Shown: positions 1 through 7,748, counted from the stretch's first letter. The stretch: 25,366 nucleotides of DNA from an uncultured Muribaculaceae bacterium (GCA_964529625.1 CAZGXD010000001.1:1-25366); one strand, 5' to 3'. The notes: generated from the sequence alone by a model not told the origin. Numbers and translations: made by a program.

Positions 1-680
1 GAATCTAATCTATTACGAGGGCTAATATAAGTAATCGGGATTTCTTTTTCTTTTACTTTTTTTGATAAGCCAAATGAATTTAAATCAACCGCAATAATCT
101 CAGTTGCGCCCATACTAATTGCTTGATTAATAGGAATTTTATCATAATAAGCCCCATCAATAAAAAGATCTTTATCAATTTGTTTCATTTTAAAGGCTGG
201 AAAACAAGTCGCAGAGGCAACTAAATAATCTTTTAATTGATTTGGTTTAATATTCTTTTTTTCAAGTAAGACTGGTTTAAAACTAGATAAATTAACGGTT
301 ACTAAACCATAATCTATTTTAGATTTATAAAACTTATTATAATTTAAATTCTTTTCTATTGATGCTTCCATTTGACTAACATCCATTCCCCCATGAAATA
401 AGAAATTAGACAAATATTTTTTATAAATATTAACTCTTCCTTTAAAGGTAGTTACATCATCTGTTATTTTTTCTTTAAATAATAGGGTAAAATTAATATT
501 TGACCACATATATTTAGCTTTAATATAATCATTTTGAACCATTAATGCCCCATTAATCGCTCCAACTGATGTTCCTGTTACAATCTCATAGGTTATCTTT
601 AATTTTCGAAGGGCTTTCCAAACTCCAATTTGATAGGCACCTTTGGCTCCTCCCCCAGATAAAACAATCGCCCTTTTCAC
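1..680 (-). CDS. Patatin-like phospholipase, 3' end truncated by the window edge (not in ORF track)
   Basis: Manual translation from GTG at 680 (SD AAGGTGGTGA) is open to the window edge: MKRAIVLSGGGAKGAYQIG (oxyanion Gly loop), GTSVG (GxSxG nucleophile), FIDGAYYDKIP (catalytic Asp motif). Confidence 0.92.
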   Translation of the reverse strand, partial: MKRAIVLSGGGAKGAYQIGVWKALRKLKITYEIVTGTSVGAINGALMVQNDYIKAKYMWSNINFTLLFKEKITDDVTTFKGRVNIYKKYLSNFLFHGGMDVSQMEASIEKNLNYNKFYKSKIDYGLVTVNLSSFKPVLLEKKNIKPNQLKDYLVASATCFPAFKMKQIDKDLFIDGAYYDKIPINQAISMGATEIIAVDLNSFGLSKKVKEKEIPITYISPRNRLD

Positions 681-708
681 TTTTTCACCACCTTGTTTTT
701 ATACTCTT

Positions 709-714
709 ATTATA
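709..714 (-). promoter_or_regulatory. Putative sigmaA -10 box (TATAAT) for the patatin gene
   Basis: Perfect TATAAT on the minus strand between the rbfA terminator and the patatin SD. No clear -35. Confidence 0.4.
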
Positions 715-749
715 TCTTTACTATATTTTCTTTTATAGTTTTATAACCT

Positions 750-771
750 AAAAAAACTGAAATCAGTTTTT
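750..771 (-). terminator. Putative intrinsic terminator of the rimP-rbfA operon, overlapping the rbfA stop
   Basis: Minus strand AAAAACTG-ATTT-CAGTTTTTTT. Inverted repeat plus U-tract, with a weak AU-rich stem. Confidence 0.55.
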
Positions 772-1101
772 ATTTAAGTCTTTTATAATTTTTTCTATTT
801 TATTACCTTGTTCAATTGATTCGTCATAAATAAATAATATTTCAGGAACTTGTTTAATCCTAATTCGATCATGAAGCTTACTTCTAATAAATTTCCTAGC
901 ATGATTAAGTGAATTTAGGATTTCTTCTTTTTGTTCAACATTTAAAACTGTAACATAAACTTTAGCCATACTTAAATCATTATTTAACTTTACGGCTGTT
1001 ACGGTTACAAAATCAATATTTTTATCTTTTATTTCAGTTGCTAAAAGATAACTTATTTCTTTAACTAAGATATTTTCTAATTTATTAATTTTTTTATTCA
1101 T
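763..1101 (-). CDS. rbfA: Ribosome-binding factor A
   Basis: VTVTAVKLNNDLSMAKVYV and VPEILFIYDESIEQG motifs. Follows infB. Confidence 0.96.
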   Translation of the reverse strand: MNKKINKLENILVKEISYLLATEIKDKNIDFVTVTAVKLNNDLSMAKVYVTVLNVEQKEEILNSLNHARKFIRSKLHDRIRIKQVPEILFIYDESIEQGNKIEKIIKDLNKN

Positions 1102-1109
1102 TCTTTCAC

Positions 1110-3107
1110 CTATTTCTTTACTTCTACCATTTCAAAAACTTCAATAATATCATTAACTTTTAAATCATTATAATCATCAATTGTAATTCCACATTCTAAG
1201 CCTTTTTTTACTTCTTTAACAGTTTCTGTTTCTCGTTGAAGACTTTTTATTTTACCAGTATGAATTACTTTTTCATCTCGAATAATTCTTGCTAAGGCTG
1301 AACTTTTAATATTACCTTCTAAAACATATGAACCACCGATTATTCCAACTTTAGAAAATTTAAATAACTTTCTAATTTCTGCTTTTCCAATAACCTTTTC
1401 TTCAAAGATTGGAGCAAAAGTTCCTTTGATTGCTTCTTCCATTTCTTCAACTACTTTATAGATAACATTATACAATCTTATTTCAACCATGTTTTCTTTA
1501 GCATAAGCTTTTATTTCATTATCTGGATTAACATTAAATCCAATTATAATAGCCTTAGCTGTTTTAGCTAATAACACATCATTTTCTGTTATTGCTCCAA
1601 CCCCACCTCGAATAACTCTTATTTTAGTGCCTTCAATATCTATTTTTTCTAAAGTAGATTTAAGGGCTTCAACACTTCCATTTAAATCGGCTTTAATAAT
1701 AACATTTATATCTTCAATCCCATCTTTAACTTTAGAAAAAAGATCATCTAGGGTAATCGTTTCCTTATTCTGAGTTGCCTTTTCTTGATAAGCTCTTTTT
1801 CTTTCTTCAGCAACCCATTTAGCTTCTTTTTCTGTTTCAAAAGCCATAAATAGATCACCTGCGGTTGGTAATTCAGTAAGTCCAGTAATATACACTGGCT
1901 TTGATGGGGAAGCCTCAATAATTTCTTTATTTTGTTCATCTTTCATGGTTCTAACTTTTCCATAACAAGTTCCAACTACAATTGGATCTCCTATTCTTAA
2001 GGTTCCATTTTGAACAATAAGAGTTACTACAGTTCCCATATGTTTATCTAATCTTGATTCAATTACAGTTCCACTAGCATAACGATTAGGATTAGCTTTA
2101 TATTCTTGCATTTGTGAAACCAATAAAATATTTTCTAATAATTCATCTATTCCTTCGCCAGTTAAAGCCGATATTTTAGAATATAAAACATCTCCACCCC
2201 AAGTATCAGGGATTAATCCATATTCTGCTAATTCAGTTATTACTTTATCAGCATTGGCTTCAGCTTTATCCATTTTATTAATCGCTACTATGATTGGAAG
2301 ATTAGCTACTTTAGCATGATCAATGGCTTCTTTTGTTTGAGGCATTATTCCATCATCAGCTGCTACTATAATAATAACAAGATCAGTAACACTCGCCCCT
2401 CTTGCTCTCATTGCTGTAAAGGCTTCATGCCCTGGTGTATCAATAAAGGTAATTAACTGTTCATTATATTTTGCTTGATATGCTCCAATTGTTTGAGTAA
2501 TTCCCCCAGCTTCTTTATCAACTATTTTTGATTTTTTTATTGCATCTAATAAACTTGTTTTTCCATGATCAACATGACCCATAATAGTAACAATTGGGGG
2601 TCTAGGTTTTAAATCATGAGGCTCATCAATAATTTCATATTTTTCAAAATTAGAGATATCAGTTGTCTCTTCATATTTTATCTTTTTATTATAATCTAAA
2701 CTTAAAATTTCTGCAGTTTCAAAATTAAGATTATTATTAATATTAACGATAACTCCTAAGGAAAATAATTTTTTTATTATCTCAGTAGGATTTACTCCTA
2801 AGGCTTTAGCAAATTCCTTTACGGTCATATTTTCCTTATATAAAATAACATCTTCATCAGCAATAGTAACATTTGAAGTTAGCCTCTTTTTATTTTTATA
2901 CATTTTCTTTTTTTGTTTAGCTAATTCAATTTTAAAATCATCTTTATTATCAGTATCAAGTTCAATAATATTATCTAGTTTTATTATCATATCTTCTTCA
3001 AGTAAATCATTTTTATCATTAATATCGAATCCTAACTCATGACAATAATTTAATACTTCTTCTAAGGATAGATTCATTTTTTTAGCATATTTAAAAACAC
3101 TTAACAT
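1110..3107 (-). CDS. infB: Translation initiation factor IF-2 (665 aa, short N-terminus)
   Basis: G-domain motifs GHVDHGKTS, DTPGHEAF, NKMD and C-terminal IF2 domains. Start moved from GTG 3116 to ATG 3107, which follows the SD AGAGGTGGGG. Confidence 0.98.
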   Translation of the reverse strand: MLSVFKYAKKMNLSLEEVLNYCHELGFDINDKNDLLEEDMIIKLDNIIELDTDNKDDFKIELAKQKKKMYKNKKRLTSNVTIADEDVILYKENMTVKEFAKALGVNPTEIIKKLFSLGVIVNINNNLNFETAEILSLDYNKKIKYEETTDISNFEKYEIIDEPHDLKPRPPIVTIMGHVDHGKTSLLDAIKKSKIVDKEAGGITQTIGAYQAKYNEQLITFIDTPGHEAFTAMRARGASVTDLVIIIVAADDGIMPQTKEAIDHAKVANLPIIVAINKMDKAEANADKVITELAEYGLIPDTWGGDVLYSKISALTGEGIDELLENILLVSQMQEYKANPNRYASGTVIESRLDKHMGTVVTLIVQNGTLRIGDPIVVGTCYGKVRTMKDEQNKEIIEASPSKPVYITGLTELPTAGDLFMAFETEKEAKWVAEERKRAYQEKATQNKETITLDDLFSKVKDGIEDINVIIKADLNGSVEALKSTLEKIDIEGTKIRVIRGGVGAITENDVLLAKTAKAIIIGFNVNPDNEIKAYAKENMVEIRLYNVIYKVVEEMEEAIKGTFAPIFEEKVIGKAEIRKLFKFSKVGIIGGSYVLEGNIKSSALARIIRDEKVIHTGKIKSLQRETETVKEVKKGLECGITIDDYNDLKVNDIIEVFEMVEVKK

Positions 3108-3123
3108 CTCCCCCACCTCTTTC

Positions 3124-3384
3124 TTATTTTATTATTTCTTCTAATTGTTTAAAAATGGTCTCTGGAACTTTTACTTCTAAATGCTTATCTAAAATTTTAC
3201 TTTGATGTGCTTTATTAATAACTTCTAAATCCTTTTTTAAATAAGCACCACGTCCATTTTGTTTTCCTTTTAAATCAATTATAACTTCCCCAGTTGGTGT
3301 CCTAACGATTCTAATAAGATCAATTTTAGGTAATTGTTCTTTAGTAACAACGCAACGACGCATCGGAATTTTTCTTGTTTTCAT
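3124..3384 (-). CDS. ylxR: YlxR/DUF448 family RNA-binding protein (RnpM)
   Basis: RKIPMRRCVV...LIRIV...GRGAYL signature. Located between nusA and infB. Confidence 0.93.
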   Translation of the reverse strand: MKTRKIPMRRCVVTKEQLPKIDLIRIVRTPTGEVIIDLKGKQNGRGAYLKKDLEVINKAHQSKILDKHLEVKVPETIFKQLEEIIK

Positions 3385-3398
3385 TTAATCACGAACCT

Positions 3399-4532
3399 TT
3401 ACATTATAATATTAATTCCATCTTCTTTGGCTTGTTCATAAGTTTTTATATCTATTTTATAATGAGTTAAACGCGATGCCAAGCGAACATTGGCTCCTCT
3501 TTTTCCAATTGCTAATGGTAAATTATCGTTATCTACCACAACAAGAGCGGTTTTATTTTCTTCATCAGTTATAAAAACTCGAACATCTTTAGCTGGACTT
3601 AAAGCGTTAGCAATAAACTTAGCTGGATCTTTTTCATATAAAATTATATCTATTTTTTCATCATTTAATTCTTCAATAATTCGATTAATTCGAGTCCCTT
3701 TTTCCCCAATACAAGCACCAACGGCATCAACTCTAGAGTTTTCTGAATACACGGCTATTTTCGTCCTATTGCCAGCTTCTCTTGCAACACTGTAAATTAA
3801 AATAATTCCTTCATCTATTTCTGGTATTTCTAATTCAAACAATCTTTTTACAAATCCATAATAACTTCGCGATAAGATAATGGCTGTTCCTTTAGAACCT
3901 GTTTCAACTTTAGTTACATAGACTTTTAAATTAGAACCCATTTTTATTTCTTCACCAGGAATTATTTCCGTTTTGGGCAAAATTCCTTGTATTTTACCAA
4001 AATCAATATAATAATTACGAACATCTTCCATTGCCACGATTCCACTAATCATTTCATCTTGCTTATCTCCATATTCTTCATTAATTATGTTGCGCTCGGC
4101 TTCTCTTATTTTTTGAATAACTACTTGTTTAGCAGTTGAGGCTGCTACTCGTCCAAAATCTTTTGGGGTTATTTCTTCTTCTATTGTTTCATTTAGTTCA
4201 ATTTCAGGAACAATCTGTCTAGCTTCCTCAAGCGTTAAATGAATTCTTTTATCAAAAGGTAGTTTAACCTTTTCAATAATTTCTTCTCCATCAAAGGTTT
4301 CATCAACCACAATTTCTACTTCACTTTCGGGATCAACTACTGTTTTAAAAGAATAAACTTTTATATTGCCTGTTTTTCTATTAATATCAACTCTAACATT
4401 AGATAAAGATTTATAATTTTTTTTATAAGCCGATGTAAGAGCAAGTTCTAAGGCTTCATAAATAATATCTTCAGAAATTCCTTTTTCATCTGTTAATAAC
4501 TTAATCGCTTTTTTAAATTCCTTGGTATTCAT
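3399..4532 (-). CDS. nusA: Transcription termination/antitermination factor NusA (377 aa)
   Basis: FGRVAASTAKQV, S1 domain, KH motifs AREAGNRTKIAV and IGKRGANVRLA. Start moved to ATG 4532 (SD AGAAAGGAAG), just after the rimP stop. Confidence 0.98.
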   Translation of the reverse strand: MNTKEFKKAIKLLTDEKGISEDIIYEALELALTSAYKKNYKSLSNVRVDINRKTGNIKVYSFKTVVDPESEVEIVVDETFDGEEIIEKVKLPFDKRIHLTLEEARQIVPEIELNETIEEEITPKDFGRVAASTAKQVVIQKIREAERNIINEEYGDKQDEMISGIVAMEDVRNYYIDFGKIQGILPKTEIIPGEEIKMGSNLKVYVTKVETGSKGTAIILSRSYYGFVKRLFELEIPEIDEGIILIYSVAREAGNRTKIAVYSENSRVDAVGACIGEKGTRINRIIEELNDEKIDIILYEKDPAKFIANALSPAKDVRVFITDEENKTALVVVDNDNLPLAIGKRGANVRLASRLTHYKIDIKTYEQAKEDGINIIM

Positions 4533-4533
4533 T

Positions 4534-4788
4534 TTACGGTCTTCCTTTCTCTTTTGAACAAACATCTAAAATATAACTTTCTTTAATAAGATCACTATTA
4601 TCCAATATCGGGCTAATTAAATTATTAATTAAAACACAATCTTCAACTTTTACAAAATCTTCTTTATCAATAATAACTCTTAAAAAATTATTATTATTCT
4701 CTTTCTCATATTTTATTTTGAATAATTCATATCCCTTTTCTACTATGGTTTTTTCAATTAACTGTCGTATCTTTTCTTCTGTTTCCAT
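4534..4788 (-). CDS. rimP: Ribosome maturation factor RimP, N-terminal domain only (84 aa)
   Basis: GYEL..I.Y.KE...FLRVIIDK...V.VEDC..IN..ISPILD..D.I..SYILDV matches RimP_N. SD GGAGG. First gene of the nusA-infB operon. Confidence 0.85.
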   Translation of the reverse strand: METEEKIRQLIEKTIVEKGYELFKIKYEKENNNNFLRVIIDKEDFVKVEDCVLINNLISPILDNSDLIKESYILDVCSKEKGRP

Positions 4789-4808
4789 TTTTGCCTCCGT
4801 TTATAGTA

Positions 4809-4830
4809 AAGAGTGGGTCTCCCCACTCTT
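4809..4830 (-). promoter_or_regulatory. rimP leader hairpin / putative attenuator
   Basis: Perfect 9-bp stem AAGAGTGGG-GAGA-CCCACTCTT with a GNRA loop, then a short TTTAC tail, in the rimP 5' UTR. Resembles the GGG..CCC rimP-leader hairpins described in Firmicutes and Gammaproteobacteria. Confidence 0.75.
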
Positions 4831-4843
4831 CCCTCCTACTTAC

Positions 4844-4854
4844 ATTATATCACA
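4844..4854 (-). promoter_or_regulatory. Extended -10 sigmaA promoter of the rimP-nusA-infB operon
   Basis: TGTGATATAAT (TRTGnTATAAT). Predicted +1 near A4837. Confidence 0.7.
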
Positions 4855-4933
4855 ATTATTATTTTTATTGTATAATAATGCAAAATTAAATTTTTTTTTG
4901 GTTTTTTAATCAGTTTATTCATAAACTTTAAGA

Positions 4934-4939
4934 TATAAT
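4934..4939 (+). promoter_or_regulatory. Putative -10 box for the methyltransferase gene
   Basis: TATAAT 11 nt upstream of GTG 4951. No good -35. Confidence 0.45.
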
Positions 4940-4950
4940 ATTAAAGAGGG

Positions 4951-6135
4951 GTGATTAAAATTAAAAATAAAAGTGAATTTAAATTTATAGATTTATTTGC
5001 TGGAATTGGAGGATTCCATCAAGCTTTAACTCAGTTAGGTGGGGAATGTGTTTTTGCTTCTGAAATAGATAAATATGCAATTGAAACATATAAAAAAAAC
5101 TATGGAATTGACCCAAACTATGATATTACTACCTTAGATGAAAAAATCATTCCAAAGCATAATGTTTTGTGTGCGGGCTTTCCTTGTCAAACCTTTTCTA
5201 AGGCTGGAAAAAGACTTGGTTTTAATGATAAAACTCGTGGAAATTTATTTTTTGATATAGAAAGAATTTTAAAATATCATAAAACTAAATATATTATTTT
5301 AGAAAACGTAAGAAATTTAGTATCTCATGATAAAAGTAATACTTGGAGAACCATATATAGCCATTTAAATAAACTTGGCTATCGTTTAACAAAAGAACCA
5401 ATTATCATAAGCCCCCATCAATTTGGCATTCCTCAACTTCGTGAAAGGGTTATTATTCTTGGAATATATGATCCTAAAAACAAGGATAAGGATTTAATTA
5501 TTGAACTTCCAAAATTAAAATCAAAAGATGAAAATAGTATTTATTCAATTATTGAGCCTAAAAGAGTTGCGAATAAATATTATATTTCTGAATATGAAAA
5601 GGTTGTTTTAACAGCATGGGATGAATTTTATAAGGGCATAAAAGAAGTAATAATCGGATTCCCAATTTGGTCAATGCATTTCAAAGATACAATGATTGAT
5701 AATAGTTTACCATCTTGGAAACAAAATTTTATTCAAAAAAATATTAATCTTTATCATAATAATAAAAAATTTATTGATGAATGGTTAGAGAAATATGATA
5801 ATCTCAAAGATTTTAGTCCGACTCATTGTAAAATGGAGTGGCAAGCAGGAAATCATATTAAATCACTATGGGAAGGTTTAATTCAATTTCGACCTTCAGG
5901 AATAAGAGTAAAAAGACCAACAAATTTTCCAACCTTAGTTGCTATGGTTCAAATTCCTATTATTGGAAAATATAAAAGAAGATTAACTATTAAAGAAGCA
6001 GCCCGTCTTCAAAGTTTTCCAAATAATTTTATTTTAAATGAAAATGGCCAACAAGCCTATAAACAATTTGGAAATGCAGTTAATGTAACAGTTATTACTT
6101 ATATTGCTAAACAATTACTTAAAGAAGATAATTAA
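4951..6135 (+). CDS. DNA (cytosine-5)-methyltransferase, M.AluI-like (predicted AGCT), solitary
   Basis: All C5-MTase motifs in order: I FIDLFAGIGG, IV GFPCQTFS, VI ENV, VIII PQLRERV, IX RLQSFP, X YKQFGNAV. The variable region (AWDEF, GFPIW, LPSWKQ, KMEWQA, FRPSGIRVKRPT) matches M.AluI as I recall it. Start codon uncertain. Confidence 0.95.
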   Translation: MIKIKNKSEFKFIDLFAGIGGFHQALTQLGGECVFASEIDKYAIETYKKNYGIDPNYDITTLDEKIIPKHNVLCAGFPCQTFSKAGKRLGFNDKTRGNLFFDIERILKYHKTKYIILENVRNLVSHDKSNTWRTIYSHLNKLGYRLTKEPIIISPHQFGIPQLRERVIILGIYDPKNKDKDLIIELPKLKSKDENSIYSIIEPKRVANKYYISEYEKVVLTAWDEFYKGIKEVIIGFPIWSMHFKDTMIDNSLPSWKQNFIQKNINLYHNNKKFIDEWLEKYDNLKDFSPTHCKMEWQAGNHIKSLWEGLIQFRPSGIRVKRPTNFPTLVAMVQIPIIGKYKRRLTIKEAARLQSFPNNFILNENGQQAYKQFGNAVNVTVITYIAKQLLKEDN

Positions 6136-6163
6136 TTTTTTTATATATTATTTTCTTTATTTT

Positions 6164-6172
6164 TGATATAAT
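6164..6172 (+). promoter_or_regulatory. Extended -10 promoter for the CPBP-metallophosphoesterase pair
   Basis: TGATATAAT upstream of SD GGAGATGA and ATG 6191. Confidence 0.55.
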
Positions 6173-6190
6173 TATATTGGAGATGATAAT

Positions 6191-6871
6191 ATGGAGTTCA
6201 TTACTGATCTTAAAAAAAGATTAATAGGATTAAGTGTTTTTTTTATATTTTTATTAACAATTATATTTCAAAAAATATTTTTTAAAATTCTTTCTAAAAC
6301 TATCTTTCGTGATTATTATAGTTTATTTACTTCTTTATTTTTAGTAATTACTATTATTTTTATTTATAGAAATGTTTTAAAATCAAATTATAAGGATCTT
6401 AAACAGAATCATAAAAAATATTTTTCTAAATGTTTAAAATACTGGTTAATTGCCTTGTTTTTTATGATACTTACTAATATTATTTTAATTTTTTATTTGA
6501 AAAATGATATTCCTGTTAATGAGCAAACAGTTAGAGAGATTTTTAATATTAAACCAATTTCAACTTATATTTCAGCCGTAATTATTGCTCCCTTTTTAGA
6601 GGAACTAGTTTTTCGTCAAGCCTTTAGAGATATGTTTAAAACTAATTTTCTTTTTATTTTATTTTCTTCTTTAATTTTCGGTTTTTTTCATATTATTGGT
6701 GAGGAACTCTCTTTACTTAACTTATTATATCTTATTCCTTATATGATACCAGCGATTGCTTTTTCAATAATGTTAAAAAAGACAAACAATATTCTAGTTC
6801 CGATTGGATTTCATTTATTGCACAACGGGATTTCAATATCTCTTCAAGTTATAATATTAATTTTTGGATAG
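6191..6871 (+). CDS. CPBP (CAAX/Abi family) intramembrane glutamic endopeptidase
   Basis: Multiple hydrophobic segments plus the motifs EELVFR (EExxxR), FGFFH (FxxxH) and HLLHN (HxxxN). Confidence 0.93.
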   Translation: MEFITDLKKRLIGLSVFFIFLLTIIFQKIFFKILSKTIFRDYYSLFTSLFLVITIIFIYRNVLKSNYKDLKQNHKKYFSKCLKYWLIALFFMILTNIILIFYLKNDIPVNEQTVREIFNIKPISTYISAVIIAPFLEELVFRQAFRDMFKTNFLFILFSSLIFGFFHIIGEELSLLNLLYLIPYMIPAIAFSIMLKKTNNILVPIGFHLLHNGISISLQVIILIFG

Positions 6872-6880
6872 GATGAAAGT

Positions 6881-7744
6881 ATGAAAAAAAAGTTATTAAT
6901 TTTTTTTAGTGTTATTATTTTAGTTTTTTTATCAGTTTTTGGGTATGCTAGATATATTGGCACTAAAGGGTTAATTATTAAAGAAATTAAAATTGTTAAT
7001 CATAAAATACCAACTAATTTTCATGGCTTTAAAATTGCTCATCTTAGTGATATTCATTATGGAAGAACCATAACAGAAAAGGAATTAAATAATGCTATTA
7101 CTAAAGTTAATCTTCTAAAGCCTGACATAGTTGTTTTAACTGGAGATTTATTAGATCGAGATATTAAATTAAGTAACAATGATATTAAAAAATTAATTAA
7201 AATATTAAATAAGATTAATCCTACGATTGATAAATATGCAATCAGTGGGAACCATGATTTTGATTATGGACTTAAAGATTGGCTTTCAATTATTGAAAAA
7301 AGCAATTTTATAAATTTAAATGATACTTACGAATTAATTTATAAAAATGATATAATTCCCATTTTAATTAATGGAATGAGTACTAATCTAAGAAAAGGCT
7401 CTAAAATTCAACAGAAATTAGAACCTTTTGAAACCTTTTTAAATAATGATAATGATATAAGCCCGGCATACAAAATAATGATAATGCATGAACCTGATTT
7501 TATTGATGACTTTGAAATAAATAATTTTGATTTAATTTTAGCTGGCCATTCTCATAATGGTCAAGTTAGACTTCCTTTTATTGGAGCAATTATAAAGCCA
7601 AATGGAGCTCATAAATATTATGATTCCCATTATAAAATTCATAATACTGATCTTTATATTTCTAGTGGTTTAGGAACTTCAATTATTGATGTTCGTTTAT
7701 TTAACAAACCATCTTTTAATTTCTATCGACTTACTAATAAATAA
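6881..7744 (+). CDS. Calcineurin-like metallophosphoesterase, YkuE/YkoQ-like, with N-terminal membrane anchor or signal
   Basis: HLSDIH, GDLLD, GNHD, HEPD and AGHSHNGQ motifs. Hydrophobic N-terminus after KKK. Confidence 0.93.
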   Translation: MKKKLLIFFSVIILVFLSVFGYARYIGTKGLIIKEIKIVNHKIPTNFHGFKIAHLSDIHYGRTITEKELNNAITKVNLLKPDIVVLTGDLLDRDIKLSNNDIKKLIKILNKINPTIDKYAISGNHDFDYGLKDWLSIIEKSNFINLNDTYELIYKNDIIPILINGMSTNLRKGSKIQQKLEPFETFLNNDNDISPAYKIMIMHEPDFIDDFEINNFDLILAGHSHNGQVRLPFIGAIIKPNGAHKYYDSHYKIHNTDLYISSGLGTSIIDVRLFNKPSFNFYRLTNK

Positions 7745-7748
7745 AGGC

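Noticed and set aside
569-751. 60-aa plus-strand ORF
   Set aside because: Antisense to the patatin gene and its promoter region. Low-complexity F/L/Y sequence with no SD or motif.
1748-1939. 63-aa minus-strand ORF inside infB
   Set aside because: Alternate frame of a conserved essential gene, with no SD or family similarity.
3490-3795. 101-aa plus-strand ORF
   Set aside because: Antisense shadow of the nusA KH domains.
4718-4909. 63-aa plus-strand ORF across the rimP leader
   Set aside because: Antisense to rimP and its promoter, no SD, no recognisable features.
6136-6190. Possible remnant of a restriction endonuclease after the MTase
   Set aside because: Only 55 bp of AT-rich sequence holding a promoter and SD, with no coding remnant.
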